Shown in pieces: positions 61,043-64,000 of a stretch of DNA of 64,000 nt. The stretch covers positions 16,998-80,997 of the forward strand of contig JBHLLU010000016.1 of assembly GCA_048938895.1 (NCBI GenBank), read 5' to 3'. A model generated the notes under the pieces. That model was not told where the DNA came from. It made no database searches and was given only the letters and a program-made list of their open reading frames with translations. This DNA comes from Promethearchaeota archaeon (GTDB taxonomy: Archaea; Asgardarchaeota; Lokiarchaeia; Sigyniarchaeales; SOKP01). Positions within the stretch are counted from its first letter, which is position 1. Each line of letters starts with the position of its first letter. The position numbers and the translations under genes are program-made.

Positions 61043-62275
61043 TTAGTCATGGAAATATTTGAATAAGTACCATAATTCAAAAAAGATACCAAAGAATGAA
61101 ATAAAAAGGGGGGCAATATAATGCACATTTTGGACTAAAAATCCACCAATGTAACCTGTTGGGATAAAACCTAAACCTCTTATCATTCCTACCATTCCAT
61201 ATGATTCTGCTTTCCTTGTCTCATCCAAATCAGTCAAAGCCATTTGTTCAGAAGGTATAAATGTACAAACACTCATTGCAAATGGAATATGACTAATTAA
61301 TAAAGCAGGAAATAAGAATCCAGTAAATCCAGTAGACCATATAAAAAATGCTAATATATTAATCACAAAAAAAGACATTCCAAAGTATTGACTTAAGATA
61401 AGTGATTTCTTTTTTCCAATTTTATCTGCTAAATGACCCCCAGGAATCTGAAAAAGCATATTAGAAGTGTTAAAGGTAATAGTAATCAAAGCAAGTTCTC
61501 CAAGAGAGAATTGATAAAAATCTCTTAAACCCCCACTATAAATTGAAAGCCCTATATTATAGATAAATAGATCCAATGTTAAAAAAATCAAAACAGATTT
61601 ACTTTTTGGATTATTTTTAATTTTTTTCCAGACACTAATTTCTTTTTCAGAAGTAGTAACTGTTAAACTTGTTGGGTTTGCTTCAAACTTAAATTTCTCG
61701 GAAATAAAGCCAAGATTAATACTACCTTCACCTATGATAATTCCGAGAAAAATTGTAAAGAAAAGACGAGTGTCAAAAGCTTCCCAAAATAAAACAAATG
61801 TTGACCCAAATATGGTTCCCCCAAAGAATGAAAACAAAATAAGACCATACATCAAACCTTTTGATTTATTGCTATTTTCGGATACAAAAATCAGACTACT
61901 AAGACTATTTATTACTGCAGCAAAAAAATATAAGACAATTCCAATAATAAGTAAATACTGAATATTGGAAGTTGTGAAAATAAGGCAAGATAATCCTAAA
62001 AAGTAAAATGGAATGCTAGCCAACATCATTTTCTTCCTACCATATTTATCTGATAATTTTCCGATTAAAGGCATTGGAAGGAATTGTACAATCCCTCCAA
62101 TCGTAACCATAATTCCCACCATAAGCACAGAGCCGGTAATATCTAAAATAAATGGCTGATATACCACATTAAACATACCAACACCCATCCCATGGATTAA
62201 ATTAATAAAAAATAGAGCCGAAAGATTTTTCCGTTTTATTTTATCGATTTGCTCAGAAATTCTATTTGTAGGCAT
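61043..62275 (-). CDS. MFS transporter
   Basis: GKLSDKYGRK and GHLADKIGKK motif A; many TM segments. Confidence 0.88.
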   Translation of the reverse strand: MPTNRISEQIDKIKRKNLSALFFINLIHGMGVGMFNVVYQPFILDITGSVLMVGIMVTIGGIVQFLPMPLIGKLSDKYGRKKMMLASIPFYFLGLSCLIFTTSNIQYLLIIGIVLYFFAAVINSLSSLIFVSENSNKSKGLMYGLILFSFFGGTIFGSTFVLFWEAFDTRLFFTIFLGIIIGEGSINLGFISEKFKFEANPTSLTVTTSEKEISVWKKIKNNPKSKSVLIFLTLDLFIYNIGLSIYSGGLRDFYQFSLGELALITITFNTSNMLFQIPGGHLADKIGKKKSLILSQYFGMSFFVINILAFFIWSTGFTGFLFPALLISHIPFAMSVCTFIPSEQMALTDLDETRKAESYGMVGMIRGLGFIPTGYIGGFLVQNVHYIAPLFISFFGIFFELWYLFKYFHD

Positions 62276-62359
62276 AGATTGAGATTCCCTTACACTATTA
62301 TTAAACTTTTAAATACATCTGGATTTATTGAATTATTCATGTCTATCACTATGGATGGT

Positions 62360-63661
62360 TTAAAACTTCCCTTGAATTTCAATTTTATGTTTATCTGCCT
62401 CAGAATCAAAATATTTTGATAAGAACCATAGCAAAAAGATAATCCCTACTATTGTGAGTATAAAAGAAGCAATATAATGCACATTTTGTATTAAGAATCC
62501 TGCAATCACTCCCGTAGGCATTACTCCAATCCCTCTAATAAGTGATACTATCCCATAAGATTCTGCTCTCCTGCTTTCATCTAAATTTGTTAAAGCTATG
62601 CCTTCAGAGGGTATAAATGTAGTAGCAACCAAAGCATTAATGATTTGACCTAGAATTAATAAAGGAAGTAATGAACTATTAAATCCGTTTGACCACAGAA
62701 AGAAAGCTATTATAAGTAAGGTAAAAAATGATAAACCAAATGATTCACATAATATCAAGGTCTTTTTCTTTCCAATTTTATCAGCGAGATGACCTGCGGG
62801 AATTTGTAACAACATTAAACTAAGATTACTGCAAAGAGTTAAGAGTGCTATATCTTGTAGAGTGATGTGGTATTGATCAATTAGACCCGCAGAATATATA
62901 GATAATGAAATACTATAAATGAAAGCATCTAAGGTGAAAAAAATCACAATTGCTCTTAGGCTAGGTTTTGTAAGTATTTTTCGCCAAATTTCTTTTTCAG
63001 TTTTAGTAAACTTACCTGAATTTAAGTGAGGACCAGATTTTCGTGGAATAGGATCAGAATAAAAAATCATAAAGATAATAAGATTAATTATTAGAATAAT
63101 TATAAAAATTAAGAAATATAAGCTGGCATTAACCTTTGAATCGATAAATATAAAATAACTGCCTATAATATATCCCCCAAATAATAGAAAAGTCAAGATT
63201 CCAAAATTTAATCCCTTTTTTGTTTCTTTGCTATTTTCTGACACAAATACCGGATAAACTGAAAATGTTATTGCCCATCCAAACCTAAGGCTCATATTCG
63301 CAACTATTAAAACGAATAAATTATCTGCAATGATGAATAGAAATAGCCCAAAAACTAAAAAAGGAGTATCAAAATACCATATTAGTTTTCGTCCGTATTT
63401 GTCCGACAACCGTCCCAACCACGGCATTGGTAAAAATTGAACTATACTCCCAATCGTTGTTATGACTCCGGTTAGAAAAATGGAGCCTGTGAATTCGTAT
63501 AAAAAAGGCATATATACTATAAAAAACAATATCTGCCCTATTCCATACGAAAAATTATTAAATGCCATAGCATAAAAATTCCTCTGTCGAATTTTCTCAA
63601 GATCTCTCCTATTTTGCAATTGATTCAACTCTTGAGACTGATTCAACTCTTGGGATTTCAT
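62360..63661 (-). CDS. MFS transporter (tandem paralogue)
   Basis: GRLSDKYGRK, GHLADKIGKK; shares IVQFLPMP, LDE.R.AESYG and QNVHYIA with its neighbour. Confidence 0.88.
   Translation of the reverse strand: MKSQELNQSQELNQLQNRRDLEKIRQRNFYAMAFNNFSYGIGQILFFIVYMPFLYEFTGSIFLTGVITTIGSIVQFLPMPWLGRLSDKYGRKLIWYFDTPFLVFGLFLFIIADNLFVLIVANMSLRFGWAITFSVYPVFVSENSKETKKGLNFGILTFLLFGGYIIGSYFIFIDSKVNASLYFLIFIIILIINLIIFMIFYSDPIPRKSGPHLNSGKFTKTEKEIWRKILTKPSLRAIVIFFTLDAFIYSISLSIYSAGLIDQYHITLQDIALLTLCSNLSLMLLQIPAGHLADKIGKKKTLILCESFGLSFFTLLIIAFFLWSNGFNSSLLPLLILGQIINALVATTFIPSEGIALTNLDESRRAESYGIVSLIRGIGVMPTGVIAGFLIQNVHYIASFILTIVGIIFLLWFLSKYFDSEADKHKIEIQGKF
63621..63656. repeat. 18-bp tandem duplication encoding SQELNQ twice
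   Basis: tgattcaactcttgagac / tgattcaactcttgggat. Confidence 0.75.
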
Positions 63662-64000
63662 TTACATTTCCACCCTTATTTTGATTCCTTTTATAATTCA
63701 AATTTGTAGTTCTTTTGATTAATAACCTGTTACTTGTTCATCATTTCTATTTTTCGCTTACTTGATTTTACCAAAATTGATCTAATATAGCCCATCTACT
63801 CTGACTAAATCAATTGAATTTCTCATTTCCTTACTTCTGAAAATGAAGCTCATAACGTATTATCATATATTTTTGAAGTAAGTGGATGTAAAGCAGGATT
63901 CATAGGTTCATAGCAATTTTCTATAATTTTGATAGCTAAAATAAGTACATAGAAAAAAAGTTTAATTCAAAAATGATAATCGCTATAAACTTAATCCATT

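Noticed and set aside
1-64000. CRISPR arrays, tRNA/rRNA genes, IS elements or a provirus
   Set aside because: No regularly spaced repeats, GC-rich structural RNA-sized segments, transposase, integrase or capsid genes were seen by eye; tRNAscan/Infernal would be needed to exclude small RNAs.

Overview
AT-rich, gene-dense archaeal chromosomal window. It is most consistent with an Asgard archaeon (Lokiarchaeia-like); this is inferred from a roadblock + Rab-like GTPase fusion, a single-domain gelsolin, a longin-like membrane protein, a histone-fold protein, Alba, Sec11 and a nurA-herA-mre11-rad50 operon. About 55 CDS cover peptide, lipid, sugar and C1 catabolism, tRNA modification, DNA repair and chromatin. 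I saw no rRNA, tRNA, CRISPR array or transposase. Best leads: (1) a three-gene module at 10789-13261 (roadblock-GTPase-X, Zn-binding-X, V4R/Bet3-fold protein), where X is an ~85-aa domain shared at 39/85 identity by two neighbours; (2) a nucleotidyltransferase-RPA-OB-Zn-ribbon fusion paired with an OB-less YhaM-like HD hydrolase, between a UvrD helicase and the double-strand-break repair operon; (3) a cytosolic 703-aa protein with mu/delta-COP homology domain-like patterns; (4) a GIFT/IFT52-like domain fused to a ribbon-helix-helix. Family assignments come from motif recognition by eye; no searches were run.
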